Program-made: the position numbers and the translations under genes
Source of the DNA: Nitrospirota bacterium
Lineage (GTDB): Bacteria; Nitrospirota; JACRHJ01
Assembly: GCA_963845245.1 (NCBI GenBank)
Contig: CAWJRJ010000014.1
Coordinates: 96,001-160,000 of the forward strand
Direction of reading: 5' to 3'
DNA length: 64,000 nt
In this document: positions 48,724 to 58,911 of the stretch, in pieces
Layout: the number at the start of each line of letters is the position of its first letter
Position numbering within the stretch: position 1 is the first letter of the stretch
The notes under the pieces: model-generated
Seen by the model: the letters and a program-made list of their open reading frames with translations, nothing else
Database searches by the model: none
Told to the model about the DNA's origin: nothing

Positions 48724-48966
48724 ATGATTGAGTATTTGATTACATCTGGTTTGGCCGTGCTTGGTTTTATTCTGGGCTTTTTCTACACTCGTACTGTGAG
48801 GATGGCCGATAATCTGCCTGAGAAGTATATGACAAAAGAAGATTGCCTTCAACATAGAAACGATTGCAGGCATACGCGTGATCTGGGTAGGGAGGAGGTG
48901 CTCCAAAGGCTTGACAGACTTGAAGCAAAGGTGGACAGGCTTTCTGAAAGGCTGTTGGACATTTAA
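48724..48966 (+). CDS. Small TM + coiled-coil protein (holin/XhlA-like lysis-associated)
   Basis: SD GGAG; N-terminal TM; YMTKED..LDRLEAKVDRL. Confidence 0.6.
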   Translation: MIEYLITSGLAVLGFILGFFYTRTVRMADNLPEKYMTKEDCLQHRNDCRHTRDLGREEVLQRLDRLEAKVDRLSERLLDI

Positions 48967-48981
48967 TAACAGGAGGTAAAT

Positions 48982-49161
48982 TTGGAACAGAAAAAATGGT
49001 ATTATTCGAAAACCCTTTGGGCCAATTTTGTGGCTATTATTACAATGACTGTGCAGGGCTTGACAGGGAAAGAGCTGGTGAATCCAGAGGTACAGGGCGC
49101 TGTGCTTGGCATAGCCAACCTTGCCCTAAGGCTTATAACCAAATCCGATGTGACCTGGTAA
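48982..49161 (+). CDS. Small holin-like membrane protein (59 aa, absent from the ORF track)
   Basis: SD AGGAGGT + TTG; MEQKKWYYSKTLWANFVAIITMTVQGLTGKELVNPEVQGAVLGIANLALRLITKSDVTW, two hydrophobic segments. Confidence 0.7.
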   Translation: MEQKKWYYSKTLWANFVAIITMTVQGLTGKELVNPEVQGAVLGIANLALRLITKSDVTW

Positions 49162-49163
49162 GG

Positions 49164-50548
49164 CTATTTTAGAAGTTTGTGTTTGCCAATGAGGCGGTGT
49201 ATTGTCTTTCTATCAATACCCGCCTCTCTGGCAGCCCTGGATATGTTGTTGCTGTTTTTTTTCAACAAGTCAGCCAAGTATTCTTTTTCAAAGTTCATAA
49301 GCCATTTTTTCTTTGCGTCCTTGAACGGCATCCCCGCTTTAATAACCTCCAGTGATGCTTTTGCGGTTTTTCTAATATGCTCGGGCAAGTCTTCAGGCAT
49401 AACAGAGAACCCAGCGGAAAGTGCGATTGCACGGCTCACCACGTTTTGAAGTTCCCGTACATTGCCAGGCCATGCATACTGTTCAAGTAAAGCCATTGCC
49501 TCTGTAGAGAATTCTTGAGCTACGCCAGAAGAGTTCTTTCGGTTTTCCTGCAAAAAATAATCCGCAAGAAGCGGGACATCTCCGATTCGTTTCTTAAGAG
49601 GAGGCAGGTTAATATTTATGACATTTAGCCGATAGTATAAGGTCTTCTCTGAATGCTCCCGTCTTAATTCCATCTTCCAGGTCACGGTTTGAGGCTGCTA
49701 TTATCCTGATATCAATGTCGATCATCTTCCTTCCCCCAACCCTCCGGAACTGCCGTTCCTGTAACACCCTCAGGAGCTTTGACTGAAGGTTGATACCCAT
49801 TTCGCCTATCTCGTCGAGAAAGAATGTACCTCCGTTTGCAAATTCAAGGAGCCCGGGCCTGGTCGAATCCGCACCTGTGAAGGTGCCCTTCTCATGTCCG
49901 AAAAGCTCAGATTCAAGGAGATTTTCAGGAAGTGAAGCGCAGTCAACCGGGACAAAAGGTTTTTCGCCACGGCGGCTATTTGCATGTATGCTGCGAGCGA
50001 CCAGCTCTTTCCCGGTCCCGGATTCGCCAGATATCAGGATGTTTGCCTCCGTTGGCGCCACTTTCCTTATAGTATCGAAAATCTGCCGCATAGCGAGAGA
50101 GTTGCCTATCATGCTGTCAAATTCGTAGCCCTGAGCGAGCTGCGATCGGAGAAATTTGTTCTCCTCCGCAAGCGAGCGATGCCTGACCGCGCGTTCAATC
50201 GCAACCTTTAGCTGTTCTGCGGAGAAAGGTTTTGAGAGATAATCGAATGCCCCTTCTTTCATCGCTTCGACCACGGACGGTATTGTTGCGTAACCGCTTA
50301 TAAGAATAATGGTCGTCTCAGGGTCAATCTCTTTGGCAATCCTAAGTATATCCAGGCCGCTTTTGCCCGGCATTGCAAAGTCGGTTAGTATAATGTAAGG
50401 GCATCTCCCGCTCAATAACGGCTGCCGCATCGTTGCTGTCGTTAAGTGTAATGCAGTCGTACCCAAGCCTACCTATGATTCTGGAGCAGTTCTCCAGCAT
50501 GTCCGCCTCGTCGTCTATTACAAGTATCTTGGTAGGTGATTGTTCCAA
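49164..50548 (-). CDS. Sigma-54-dependent response regulator (NtrC/AtoC family), split into three frames
   Basis: REC ILVIDDE (50342-50548); [30 protein letters not shown] (49609-50466); [15 protein letters not shown] and Fis HTH (49164-49685). Confidence 0.92.
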
Positions 50549-52067
50549 TTAGACGCTCCTTTATCCTGGGCAGGGTTATATTAAATGTAGAGCCTTCGCC
50601 CTTCCTGCTAAGTACCTCTATGTTTCCGCCGAAATCCTGGATTATGCCGTAGCTGACAGCCAGGCCGAGGCCTGTACCCTTTCCGACCTCTTTGGTTGTG
50701 AAAAACGGGTCGAATATATTGTCAAGTGCCTCTTCATTGATACCTTCGCCAGTGTCGGCAATCGTGAGTTCCACATTATCCGCTGTCACGTCCGACGCTA
50801 TAATTATCAACCCGCCTTCCGGCATGGCATCGCGCGCATTATTCAGAAGGTCAAGCAGCACCTGTTGCATCCGGTTCCCGTTTGCCATAACCTTTGGTGC
50901 TTTTAAAGAGAGGTGTTTTTCCATCTTTATACCCTCCTTCAAAAACTGTTTTCCGACCAGAAAAATCGTATCCTCCACTATGGAGTTTATGTCGACCAAA
51001 GACATCTCTGCATGTCCGTGGCGCGCAAAAGTCAGAAGAGCTCTCGTTATATCGGCAATGCGGCCCGTTTGCCTGTTTATCACCATCAGGTCGTCAGTAT
51101 ACTGGCCATCCAAACCCTTGTCTTTCATCTCCATAAGCATGCAATCGGTCCTTGCGGCGATTATACCAACAGGGTTGTTTATCTCGTGAGCTATACCGGC
51201 CACCAGTGTGCCGATGGTCGCAAGCTTCTCTGATTGAATCAATTTTTTCTGTGCGGACTGCATGGAGTGGTAGGCCTGCTCGCATTTGACGCTCCTGTCC
51301 TCGACTTCGTCTCTTGACTTTCTCAGGTCGGCGATCATCCTGTTGAAAGACTGGGCCAACTCGCCCACCTCGTCCTTTCCGTATACAGGTACCTTCACGT
51401 TCAGGTCGCATTGGCCCACTCGTTCAGTGGCGTTAGATATTTCCCTTATAGGCGCCACGACGTTTCTTGAAAGTAGGGTAAGGAGAGTTATAGCAGATGC
51501 CAGGCTTGCCACAAGGAGCGATATCAGCATTATGGCGACAAGCAGGTTAGTCTCCGAGTTGACATCGACAGATAGTTGCTTGATCAGGAGCGCGCCGTTT
51601 ACTTTTGCCAGTTTGTGACAGGTCCAGCACTCCTCTTTGTTAATTATTGGAAGTGCGAGGAGCCTCACCGATTCGTCACCCTCCTGGCTGAAATGCTCGA
51701 ATTCCTCGCCGCTTTCGAGCATCTTGCGTATCTGCCAGTTATCTGTCCGGGGTCTGTCGTCAATGCCGTAGTGCATTACTATTGCACCGCGCGGATCAAG
51801 GAGCGATACGCTCTTTATGCCGTCGAATCCACTGACCTTTCGCAGCATAGTCCTGACGCCGTCGAGCTGGTTCACCATCATCGCGTGCTCAAGGTCACGC
51901 ATAAGGGTTTCCTTGAAAATCAAGTCGGACTCTTTTTTTGTCTTTGAAAGTTCGGCGGCGAGCGAAAGCTGCTTGAGTACTATTACCCCTCCGGCGCTCA
52001 TCGGAATGAGGAGCATGGCGGTAATCGTCCAGACGGTTATCCTGGTGCGGAGGCTTTTGAATGTCAT
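50469..52067 (-). CDS. HAMP sensor histidine kinase with periplasmic CxxCH; 3' end probably extended by an indel
   Basis: 2 TM, CWTCH, HAMP ([13 protein letters not shown]), [32 protein letters not shown]. Confidence 0.93.
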   Translation of the reverse strand: MTFKSLRTRITVWTITAMLLIPMSAGGVIVLKQLSLAAELSKTKKESDLIFKETLMRDLEHAMMVNQLDGVRTMLRKVSGFDGIKSVSLLDPRGAIVMHYGIDDRPRTDNWQIRKMLESGEEFEHFSQEGDESVRLLALPIINKEECWTCHKLAKVNGALLIKQLSVDVNSETNLLVAIMLISLLVASLASAITLLTLLSRNVVAPIREISNATERVGQCDLNVKVPVYGKDEVGELAQSFNRMIADLRKSRDEVEDRSVKCEQAYHSMQSAQKKLIQSEKLATIGTLVAGIAHEINNPVGIIAARTDCMLMEMKDKGLDGQYTDDLMVINRQTGRIADITRALLTFARHGHAEMSLVDINSIVEDTIFLVGKQFLKEGIKMEKHLSLKAPKVMANGNRMQQVLLDLLNNARDAMPEGGLIIIASDVTADNVELTIADTGEGINEEALDNIFDPFFTTKEVGKGTGLGLAVSYGIIQDFGGNIEVLSRKGEGSTFNITLPRIKERLIGTITYQDTCNRRRGGHAGELLQNHR

Positions 52068-52219
52068 TCTAATATGCTGTAAAATAACGAAAAACTGTCT
52101 AATTATAGCGGTGTTTTGCCGGGCAAGTCAAGAGAAATAGTTTAAATGGGCGGCAATCTGAATACAGTCTGGATATTTATGATAAAATTATAATGAGGCA
52201 TTTAACGAGGAGGTGGACT

Positions 52220-52690
52220 ATGTTAAGCGAAAGGCTTACAAAATACCTCGACGCGAACGGTGTAAAGTATGAGGTGCTGAGGCACGGAGAGGCTTACACC
52301 GCCCAGGAGGTGGCGGCCGCCATGCATGTGCACGGCAGGATGCTTGTCAAGGTTGTTATTGTCAAGAGCGAGAAGGGTTTCATGATGGTCGCCGTCCCAG
52401 CGGACAGGAGGGTTGACATTTCGACGCTTCGCGCAGACCTGGGCCTGCACTTCGCCGCGCTTGCGACGGAATCAGAATTCAAGAAAATCTTTCCGGACTG
52501 CGAGGCGGGGGCTATGCCGCCGTTCGGCAACCTCTACGGGATCCCGGTTTATGTGGACAAGAAGCTTGCAGAGGACGAGGAGATAGTTTTCCAGGGCGGG
52601 ACTCATTACGAAGCTGTCAAGATGCGCTATGACGATTTTGAGCGGTTGGTGGAACCACGTTACCTGGAGGCGAGCAGGCAGGCAGCCTGA
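52220..52690 (+). CDS. YbaK/EbsC aminoacyl-tRNA deacylase family protein
   Basis: H..AYTAQEVA, VKVVIV, FPDCEAGAMPPFG.LY, GGTH. Confidence 0.9.
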   Translation: MLSERLTKYLDANGVKYEVLRHGEAYTAQEVAAAMHVHGRMLVKVVIVKSEKGFMMVAVPADRRVDISTLRADLGLHFAALATESEFKKIFPDCEAGAMPPFGNLYGIPVYVDKKLAEDEEIVFQGGTHYEAVKMRYDDFERLVEPRYLEASRQAA

Positions 52691-52712
52691 TAGCTGCCTG
52701 CCTTGTGCATAT

Positions 52713-54696
52713 TTAACGGGGGGCTTCCTCTTTATCCTTGTCCCCCTTTTTCTCACGCTGGTTTTTCTGCTCTTTCTGGTCTTTTTCCTTCTTTGGTTTT
52801 TGCTTGCCCTCTTTATCCTGATCTGTTGTGCGTGGTTTGTCCCTCCTGAAGCCAGGCTCCCTCGTCTGCTCGGACCCGCCCCTGTCGAACCTCTTTTCGG
52901 TCTGGACGCCCTCTACACGTTTATTGGGAGGCATAGTTGTCCTGGAGGGCGGTACAACTTCCCGGCCGGTATCCTTTTGAATGTTCCTGTCGCGTGGCAG
53001 GCCCCTGCGTAAATCCTCAGTGGTGCCCTGCTCCCGCTTGTCTACGCTTCCGGTCCCATTTCTGGTTTCAGGGGCAGTTTCAGGGGCTATCACCCTTCCA
53101 CGTTCTATCTTCTTTTCGTTGCCGCGTGTCTTTTCTTGTTCTGGCCCGCCCGTCTGGATTTCGGTTGCCGGGCCTCTGCCGCCACGTGACTTGTCCTCCC
53201 GGATGCGCTGTTCTTTCGGCAGTCGCTGTTCTTTCGGTATGTTTACCTTGTCAAACTTCTTCAAATCCCTCGGGTTCCCTTCCGGGCTTGAAGACGGACT
53301 CTTCCGGCGCCTTGGCGGCCTTTCTCTCCTTTATGAATGACGCAGGCTTCTCAAACCTCTCGGGTGGCAGTGACCTCCTGTCCGGCCTGAAGTCCGGCTT
53401 GGGCAGCCTTGCTTCCCTTGTAGGCTTCAGCTCCTCCACCGGCGGTCTTCCGATAATCTTGAACTTCCCTCTGTCGCGGCCGGTAAACGGGTTCTCGTCC
53501 TTGTTCCTGATAGATATCCTCCTGGTGTCGCCCCTCATGAAGTTGTCCCTATGGACAATGACGATCCCGTTGTTTACCCTGCTGTTGATGTATACATTCG
53601 TGACATTGACGACCCTTGTCGTACGGATGTTCACGCTGTTCGGGCCGTAGTAGCCGTAGCCGTAATATACCTCACGCGGTGCAAGCGGCACCCAGCATAC
53701 GCTGTCTGCGCCCCACACCCAGCCCACGTAGCCCGGCGACCAGTACGCCACAGGGGTAAGCGGCGGGACCCAGCACCAGCCGATGCGGGCCGACCATGAC
53801 CAACGGCCATAGTGGAAAGGCGCGTACCAAGGGTCGTACGGCAGCCATACGTAGTCGCCCCCGACCCATACCCACCTGCCATTCGAGTACGGCGACCAGT
53901 CCGGAGCTACGCCTGTCGGCACCCAAACATTTCCATAATCTGGGGTACTCGTCCAGCGGCCGCCCTCGTCAAACTCGTAGCCGTAGCTGCTCATGTCCTT
54001 CGGCAGGTAGCGAGCGCTTTCAGCGGGCCTGTCGTACCTGCTCTCCCTGGAAGCCACCCATCTGTCCCAGGAGTCGTTTCCCGGTAGCGACGATATGTCC
54101 ACATAGCCGTCACTGTCTATCTCCGCCATCTCGCCGCGCTTGATGGTCGTGATGCCGTCGTCGGTCTCCACCTCGACCTGTCCCCTGCTTACGCCGACCT
54201 GCGTCGTGCCATCGGACAGCGCCGTTACCCGGAACATGGCCCTCTTATATACCCTTATCGAGGAATTGGGCGTGTCCACCTGGAACACCGAGTGTTCGCT
54301 TTCCGGTTTGCGCACGAAGAAGGACGCCTCGCCCGTGGTCATGGCGAGCTGGTACACGTTGCCGTCCGGGTCACGTGAGAGGTGTGACATGTCAAGCTCG
54401 GAGTTGTCGTTTACCCACGCGATGTGACCGTCGGCAAAGGTTACCTCGATGTTTGAATCCTCACCGGCCCAGAGGCGGTCTCCTTCCTGGAGGGTGAAGT
54501 TCGGCGAGAGAGCAGACCATTCGTCAGTTTCCGGGCTTGTAAATAGCGCGTCATTGTTCAGGTATGTTACCCGCGCCATCCCGAGCGAGCTTGACTGGTC
54601 TTCGTCTGCCCTCGACACTGCAAGCGGCATCGCGACAATCAAGACAGCAAGCAAAAACGCCACCTTTACGAGGTGTTTCTTCCAGTTCGTCAACAT
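52713..54696 (-). CDS. Secreted FecR-domain + DUF6600-like protein with charged low-complexity tail, frameshifted near 53260
   Basis: Signal peptide; EGDRLW, VDTPN; W.PY..GRW, PFHYGRW, YWSPGYVGW, WVPLAP; tail continues in 52713-53264. Confidence 0.8.
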
Positions 54697-54868
54697 GTTT
54701 CCTCCTGTGTGCTTATAATCCTTATGTTTTCAGTATAACATGTCGAATTTAATAAAATTATTGAATTTTATTAATATTAGGCCTATATTTTTAAAGGATT
54801 CCATTTCTGTTTTCTAGTTTGTTAGACGAACGGCTTGGGCAAAAGGTTACCCCTATTCGGAGGATATT

Positions 54869-55267
54869 TTGGAGCTGAAAGACGACAGGCAATGCTTCGT
54901 GTGCGGGCAGGACAACCCGATGGGCTTAAGGCTCCATTTCGAGGTGGACGAGTCTGCCCGCTCTATAAAGACGGTATTCACCCCGCAGAAGGTACATCAG
55001 GGCTACCAGGACGTAGTACATGGAGGCATCATCTCCACCATACTGGACGAGGCCATGACCAAGCTTGCCTTTGCGCTGGGGTACAATGCCGTCACGGCGA
55101 AGCTCACCGTGCGGTTCAAGAGGCCGCTCATGGTAGGCGAGCCGGTGGTCGTTACGGGGAGGCTGGCAAAGGAGGCCAAGCGGGCTATGGAGGCAGTTGC
55201 AGTCGCGTTGAAGGAAGACGGGACCGTGGTTGCCGAAGCGGAAGGGCTTCTGATGGTGGTGAGGTGA
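54869..55267 (+). CDS. PaaI family thioesterase (hotdog fold)
   Basis: CFVCGQDNPMGL, HQGY..VVHGGIISTILDEAM, VTAKL.VRF. Confidence 0.9.
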   Translation: MELKDDRQCFVCGQDNPMGLRLHFEVDESARSIKTVFTPQKVHQGYQDVVHGGIISTILDEAMTKLAFALGYNAVTAKLTVRFKRPLMVGEPVVVTGRLAKEAKRAMEAVAVALKEDGTVVAEAEGLLMVVR

Positions 55268-55693
55268 GTGTCCGTGGAAAATAAAGAAAGGCTGAACCAG
55301 ATGCTGCTCGGGTTGTCCTACCTGACAGCGGCCATCCTGCCAGCATTCATTGTGGCTGCATTGGTCCGCGCACATAGCAAAGTCGACCTCTTCTTCTTCA
55401 ATCTGGTAGTTTACTTCGTTCTATCGTTCCTTATAGGCTCAGTCCTGGTTTTGACCAATAACGGAAGCATCCTTTTGTATCGGTTGCTTTATGTCATGGC
55501 CGTCCTCCTTGTAGCGGTTGACGTCTGTGTCCTGGAGTATGAGATGCTGACGGTTTACAATATAAAGACCTATATCCCTATACCGCTTGTACCCTTGGCC
55601 ATCCACGGATTTCTGCTTTACGAGTTTGTAAAGATTTACAGGGCAAAGTTCCCGCCCAGGGATACCGAAGAGACTGAAGATGATAAAGCCTGA
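55268..55693 (+). CDS. Hypothetical 4-TM membrane protein
   Basis: Hydrophobic segments; starts immediately after the upstream stop. Confidence 0.6.
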   Translation: MSVENKERLNQMLLGLSYLTAAILPAFIVAALVRAHSKVDLFFFNLVVYFVLSFLIGSVLVLTNNGSILLYRLLYVMAVLLVAVDVCVLEYEMLTVYNIKTYIPIPLVPLAIHGFLLYEFVKIYRAKFPPRDTEETEDDKA

Positions 55694-55844
55694 GAAGGGA
55701 AAGAAGAAGAAACCGAACCTGGGCAGGGTACCGCTGCCGAACAAGCCTCCCAAGGTTGAGACCCCTCCCACCGTTTATAAACGGAGCAGAGATAAGAAGG
55801 TGCCGGAAGAAGAACAGCAAGGCGAGGATGGGAATACGTCTTAA
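55680..55844 (+). CDS. Small basic Lys/Pro-rich protein (54 aa, absent from the ORF track)
   Basis: MIKPEKGKKKKPNLGRVPLPNKPPKVETPPTVYKRSRDKKVPEEEQQGEDGNTS; overlaps the upstream stop. Confidence 0.45.
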   Translation: MIKPEKGKKKKPNLGRVPLPNKPPKVETPPTVYKRSRDKKVPEEEQQGEDGNTS

Positions 55845-56008
55845 GGAGCTGCTTCTGGTTTCAGGGATATTGCGAGGTTAATAATGTGGTAAGATGTGAA
55901 TAAAAGATTAATGTCTTTTAATTTTTAGTTTGACTTTCCCTTAAATAAATATTAGCATACCCCAATATATTTTACTTAAGTTTTATTAACCGAAAAAGGG
56001 GGGCTATT

Positions 56009-57523
56009 TTGAATCAGGGGAGAAGGAAGGCTGGAAATCTTTTCACGGTAGCATGTTTGTTATTTATTTTGGTTACTATATTGGCAGTCGAAGCCGCCAT
56101 GGCGGCAGAGAAATTGCAAATAGCTCCGGTGAACCCGGAATTCACCCGGTATCTTTCAGAAAAAAAGGCAGGAACTTCAGGAGTTAAATTCACCAAAGAT
56201 GGCCACGCGTTAGGACTCGTTCCGGACAGCATAGACCGTTCTTATCTCAGGGCTTCTGCCGAAAAAGAGCTGGCTTCAGCCACGAAACTCGGCGTCCTTC
56301 CTCCATCCCTCCCGTCATCCTATGACCTGCGCGTGAGCATGAAGGGCAAGATTGGACCCATAAGGGACCAAAGCATGTGCGGCGGTTGCTGGTCCTTTGC
56401 CACAATGGCTTCGCTTGAGTCAAGCTTGCCCAAGGGAGGCGATTTATCAGAGAACGACCTTCTCGACTCAAATGGGTTCGACGGTTCTGCCTGCGGTGGA
56501 GGTTATTACTCCATGGCTGTGGCTTATCTCACTAGGTGGAGCGGCCCCTTCCCGGAAAACCAGTACCCATACCAATATCTTAGCGCGACTTCTCCATTGC
56601 AGGCTAACACTGCCGCAAAGTCTGCAATGGTCCATGTTCAGGACGTCCTTCTGGTCTCTACGACGCCTGATTCTGTAAAAACGGCGGTAAAGAATAACGG
56701 GGCAGTTGGAATTGGTTTTTACTGGGATGATATTTATTACAACTCCAGTGCGTCCAGCTATTACAATAGTTTTGGCAATACAGGAAATGGCGGAGGGCAT
56801 GCCGTCGCCGTAATCGGGTGGGATGACAACTATCCGGCGAGCAATTTTATGTCGACGCCTCCTGGCAATGGAGCCTATCTCGTGAGGAACAGCTGGGGAT
56901 CAGGCTGGGGTCAGAACGGCTATTTCTGGATGTCCTACTACGATGCATCATTAGACCCGGCATCCTATTACTTCAAGGGTGAGACATCGAAAAATTATAC
57001 CCGCATATATCAATATGATCCCCTGGGTTATACGGTTGGATTAGGCTTCACAGGGGTGTCTGACGCTTGGATGGCCAACGTGTTCAAGGCTGACCAGCAG
57101 AGCCCCAAGATAAAAGCCGTCAGCTTCTACGTAACAGACCTGAGCGCATCATATGATATTTATATCTACGATAATGTCTATACCTACACAGATGGTTCTA
57201 CCGGCTACCCGGCTGCAGCGGCAACGGATGGCTATCCGGTGGCGCACCAGACTGGAGTGGCGTCTGCGGGTTATCATACGATTAAACTGACAACGCCCGC
57301 ATCGGTTACAATAGGCACTAACTTTTCAGTCGTTGTACACCTGTCTGATAATAACGGTTATAATTATCCGATTGCGATGGAGATGCCGTTCAATGGATAT
57401 AGCAGCCGCGCAGAATCATTGCCGGGCCAGAGCTACGTTTCATCCAACGGCAGCGATTGGATGGACCTTTACGGTGTTTTTGTCAACAGCAATGTGTGTC
57501 TTAAGGCGTTCGGAGGCAAATAG
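56009..57523 (+). CDS. Secreted papain-family (C1A) cysteine peptidase with C-terminal lectin-like domain
   Basis: QSMCGGCWSF (Gln, Cys), GGHAV (His), RNSWG (Asn); IYQYDPLG..NVCLKAF C-terminal domain. Confidence 0.92.
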   Translation: MNQGRRKAGNLFTVACLLFILVTILAVEAAMAAEKLQIAPVNPEFTRYLSEKKAGTSGVKFTKDGHALGLVPDSIDRSYLRASAEKELASATKLGVLPPSLPSSYDLRVSMKGKIGPIRDQSMCGGCWSFATMASLESSLPKGGDLSENDLLDSNGFDGSACGGGYYSMAVAYLTRWSGPFPENQYPYQYLSATSPLQANTAAKSAMVHVQDVLLVSTTPDSVKTAVKNNGAVGIGFYWDDIYYNSSASSYYNSFGNTGNGGGHAVAVIGWDDNYPASNFMSTPPGNGAYLVRNSWGSGWGQNGYFWMSYYDASLDPASYYFKGETSKNYTRIYQYDPLGYTVGLGFTGVSDAWMANVFKADQQSPKIKAVSFYVTDLSASYDIYIYDNVYTYTDGSTGYPAAAATDGYPVAHQTGVASAGYHTIKLTTPASVTIGTNFSVVVHLSDNNGYNYPIAMEMPFNGYSSRAESLPGQSYVSSNGSDWMDLYGVFVNSNVCLKAFGGK

Positions 57524-57546
57524 CTTTTTTTCGTGGTGAAAAAATG

Positions 57547-57570
57547 GCGGCCCTTCGGGGCCGCTTTTTT
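57547..57570 (+). terminator. Rho-independent terminator between convergent genes
   Basis: GCGGCCC-TTCG-GGGCCGC-TTTTTT. Confidence 0.85.
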
Positions 57571-57586
57571 CTTTAGCGGCACTCTT

Positions 57587-57979
57587 CTAAATAAACTGCC
57601 TCCCCACCAGGCTGTACACCAGCACCAATAGTACGAACAGCGTAAACCCCACATACATCAAGTCACGCTCCCGCAGGAACGCGACGAGCGAAATCGCCAC
57701 CCTTGCGATGGGCGTCGCAATCAGCAGCAACAGCCCGAACTGGATAATTCCCCGGCTCTTGAAAGACAGCGCGTCCCGCATGATACCGTCAAGGTGCCGG
57801 AGGTCCTGGGGCTCGCCTCTGAATACGTGCAGGCCCTGCGGGTTGCCCCCGTAGTTTATGAGGTAGTGGATACCGCCAATCAGCACGACGACGGCTGCTG
57901 TCACCACCCCGGTTATCAGGAGCCTCCCGAGTAGCCTGTCGAGCCGTTGTTCTTCCGCTTTTGCGGACTCATCCTTCAT
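57587..57979 (-). CDS. DUF1634 family membrane protein
   Basis: LL..GV..A, GLLLLIATPIARV, ERD..Y; paired with TauE. Confidence 0.88.
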   Translation of the reverse strand: MKDESAKAEEQRLDRLLGRLLITGVVTAAVVVLIGGIHYLINYGGNPQGLHVFRGEPQDLRHLDGIMRDALSFKSRGIIQFGLLLLIATPIARVAISLVAFLRERDLMYVGFTLFVLLVLVYSLVGRQFI

Positions 57980-58812
57980 ATATGCCCCTTTATGCCGTTG
58001 TATATCATCTCGACCGCCATGACGAGCAGTATCAGGCTAAACACCAGCCTCAGGCTGCCGACTCTTGTTTTGAACAGCGTCCTTGCCCCGATCCATGAGC
58101 CTGCCAGCACGCCAAGCATTACCGGCATCGCAAGGCCGGGGTCGATGAAGCCCCGGTGCAGGTAGGCGCCCGCGCTCGCGGCGGCGGTGACGCCGATCAT
58201 GAAGTTGCTTGTGGTGGTGGACACCTTGAACGGCAGGCGCATTGCACGGTCCATCGCCAGAACCTTTACCGCGCCAGAGCCGATGCCCAGGAGCCCGGAC
58301 AGGCCGCCCGCGACGAACATTATGCTGAATCCGGCCGGGACATGGCGCACCTTGTAGTCCTCGCGACCTTCCGGCGTTGGGTAGTCCGAGTCGAACTTAA
58401 GGCGCGTTGCAATCGGGTCGGGTTTCTCATCTCCCGTTGCCTTTGGCGGTTGATGTCTGGACAGGAATGCGGAGTATATGAGAACAAGTCCGAAAATAAT
58501 CGATATTGTAGATGTGTGCATGCTTGCCGCAAGAAACGCACCGGCTATTGCCCCGACGGTCGTAGCAATCTCCAGGAACATCGCTATCCGGATATTTGTG
58601 TAGCCTTCGCGCACGTATGCCGCCGCCGCGCCTGACGACGTTGCGATGATGGACACGAGCGACGCCCCGGCCGCGTACCGGATGTCGATGCCGAAGACAA
58701 GTGTCAGCATCGGGACGATTATAACGCCGCCGCCGAGTCCGGTCATTGCGCCGAAGAAACCGGCAAGCAAGGAGCCTGCCCATATAAAGGATGTCATCTC
58801 AATGATGCTCAT
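57976..58812 (-). CDS. Sulfite exporter TauE/SafE family protein
   Basis: GLGGG..IVP, SLVSIIATSSG, SGLLGIGSG, STTTSNFMIGVTA. Confidence 0.92.
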   Translation of the reverse strand: MSIIEMTSFIWAGSLLAGFFGAMTGLGGGVIIVPMLTLVFGIDIRYAAGASLVSIIATSSGAAAAYVREGYTNIRIAMFLEIATTVGAIAGAFLAASMHTSTISIIFGLVLIYSAFLSRHQPPKATGDEKPDPIATRLKFDSDYPTPEGREDYKVRHVPAGFSIMFVAGGLSGLLGIGSGAVKVLAMDRAMRLPFKVSTTTSNFMIGVTAAASAGAYLHRGFIDPGLAMPVMLGVLAGSWIGARTLFKTRVGSLRLVFSLILLVMAVEMIYNGIKGHI

Positions 58813-58876
58813 GGCTTAAAGAATAACAGGAATTCGACAAAGGTAAAGCATTTCGGACAAAAATCTGTAACTTTTA

Positions 58877-58905
58877 TTGACTCTGCGTGCCCTCCGTGTT
58901 AACTT
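58877..58905 (+). promoter_or_regulatory. Sigma-70 promoter of rnr (extended -10)
   Basis: TTGACT-17 bp-TAACTT with a TG extension; ATG follows 6 nt later. Confidence 0.6.
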
Positions 58906-58911
58906 TTTCTC

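Larger units (their letters stand above)
38726..49161 (+). mobile_element. Phage-derived Mu-like head/morphogenesis cluster with no recognisable mobility, replication or tail-tube genes (GTA-like element or reduced prophage)
   Basis: 16 co-oriented, tightly packed ORFs: regulator, Zn finger, small and large terminase, protease/scaffold, portal, cement, capsid, adaptor, morphogenesis, gp37-like, mini ORF, two tail-tip-like ORFs, two holin-like ORFs. Confidence 0.85.

Noticed and set aside
38588..49163. Intact inducible Mu-like prophage or phage satellite (PICI/cf-PICI)
   Set aside because: No transposase, integrase, primase/replicase, repressor or att/terminal repeats seen. A decayed prophage remnant cannot be fully excluded without comparative data.
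52713..53460. Repetitive charged sequence (KEQRLPKEQRI etc.)
   Set aside because: Disordered C-terminal tail of the FecR/DUF6600-like protein, not a separate element.
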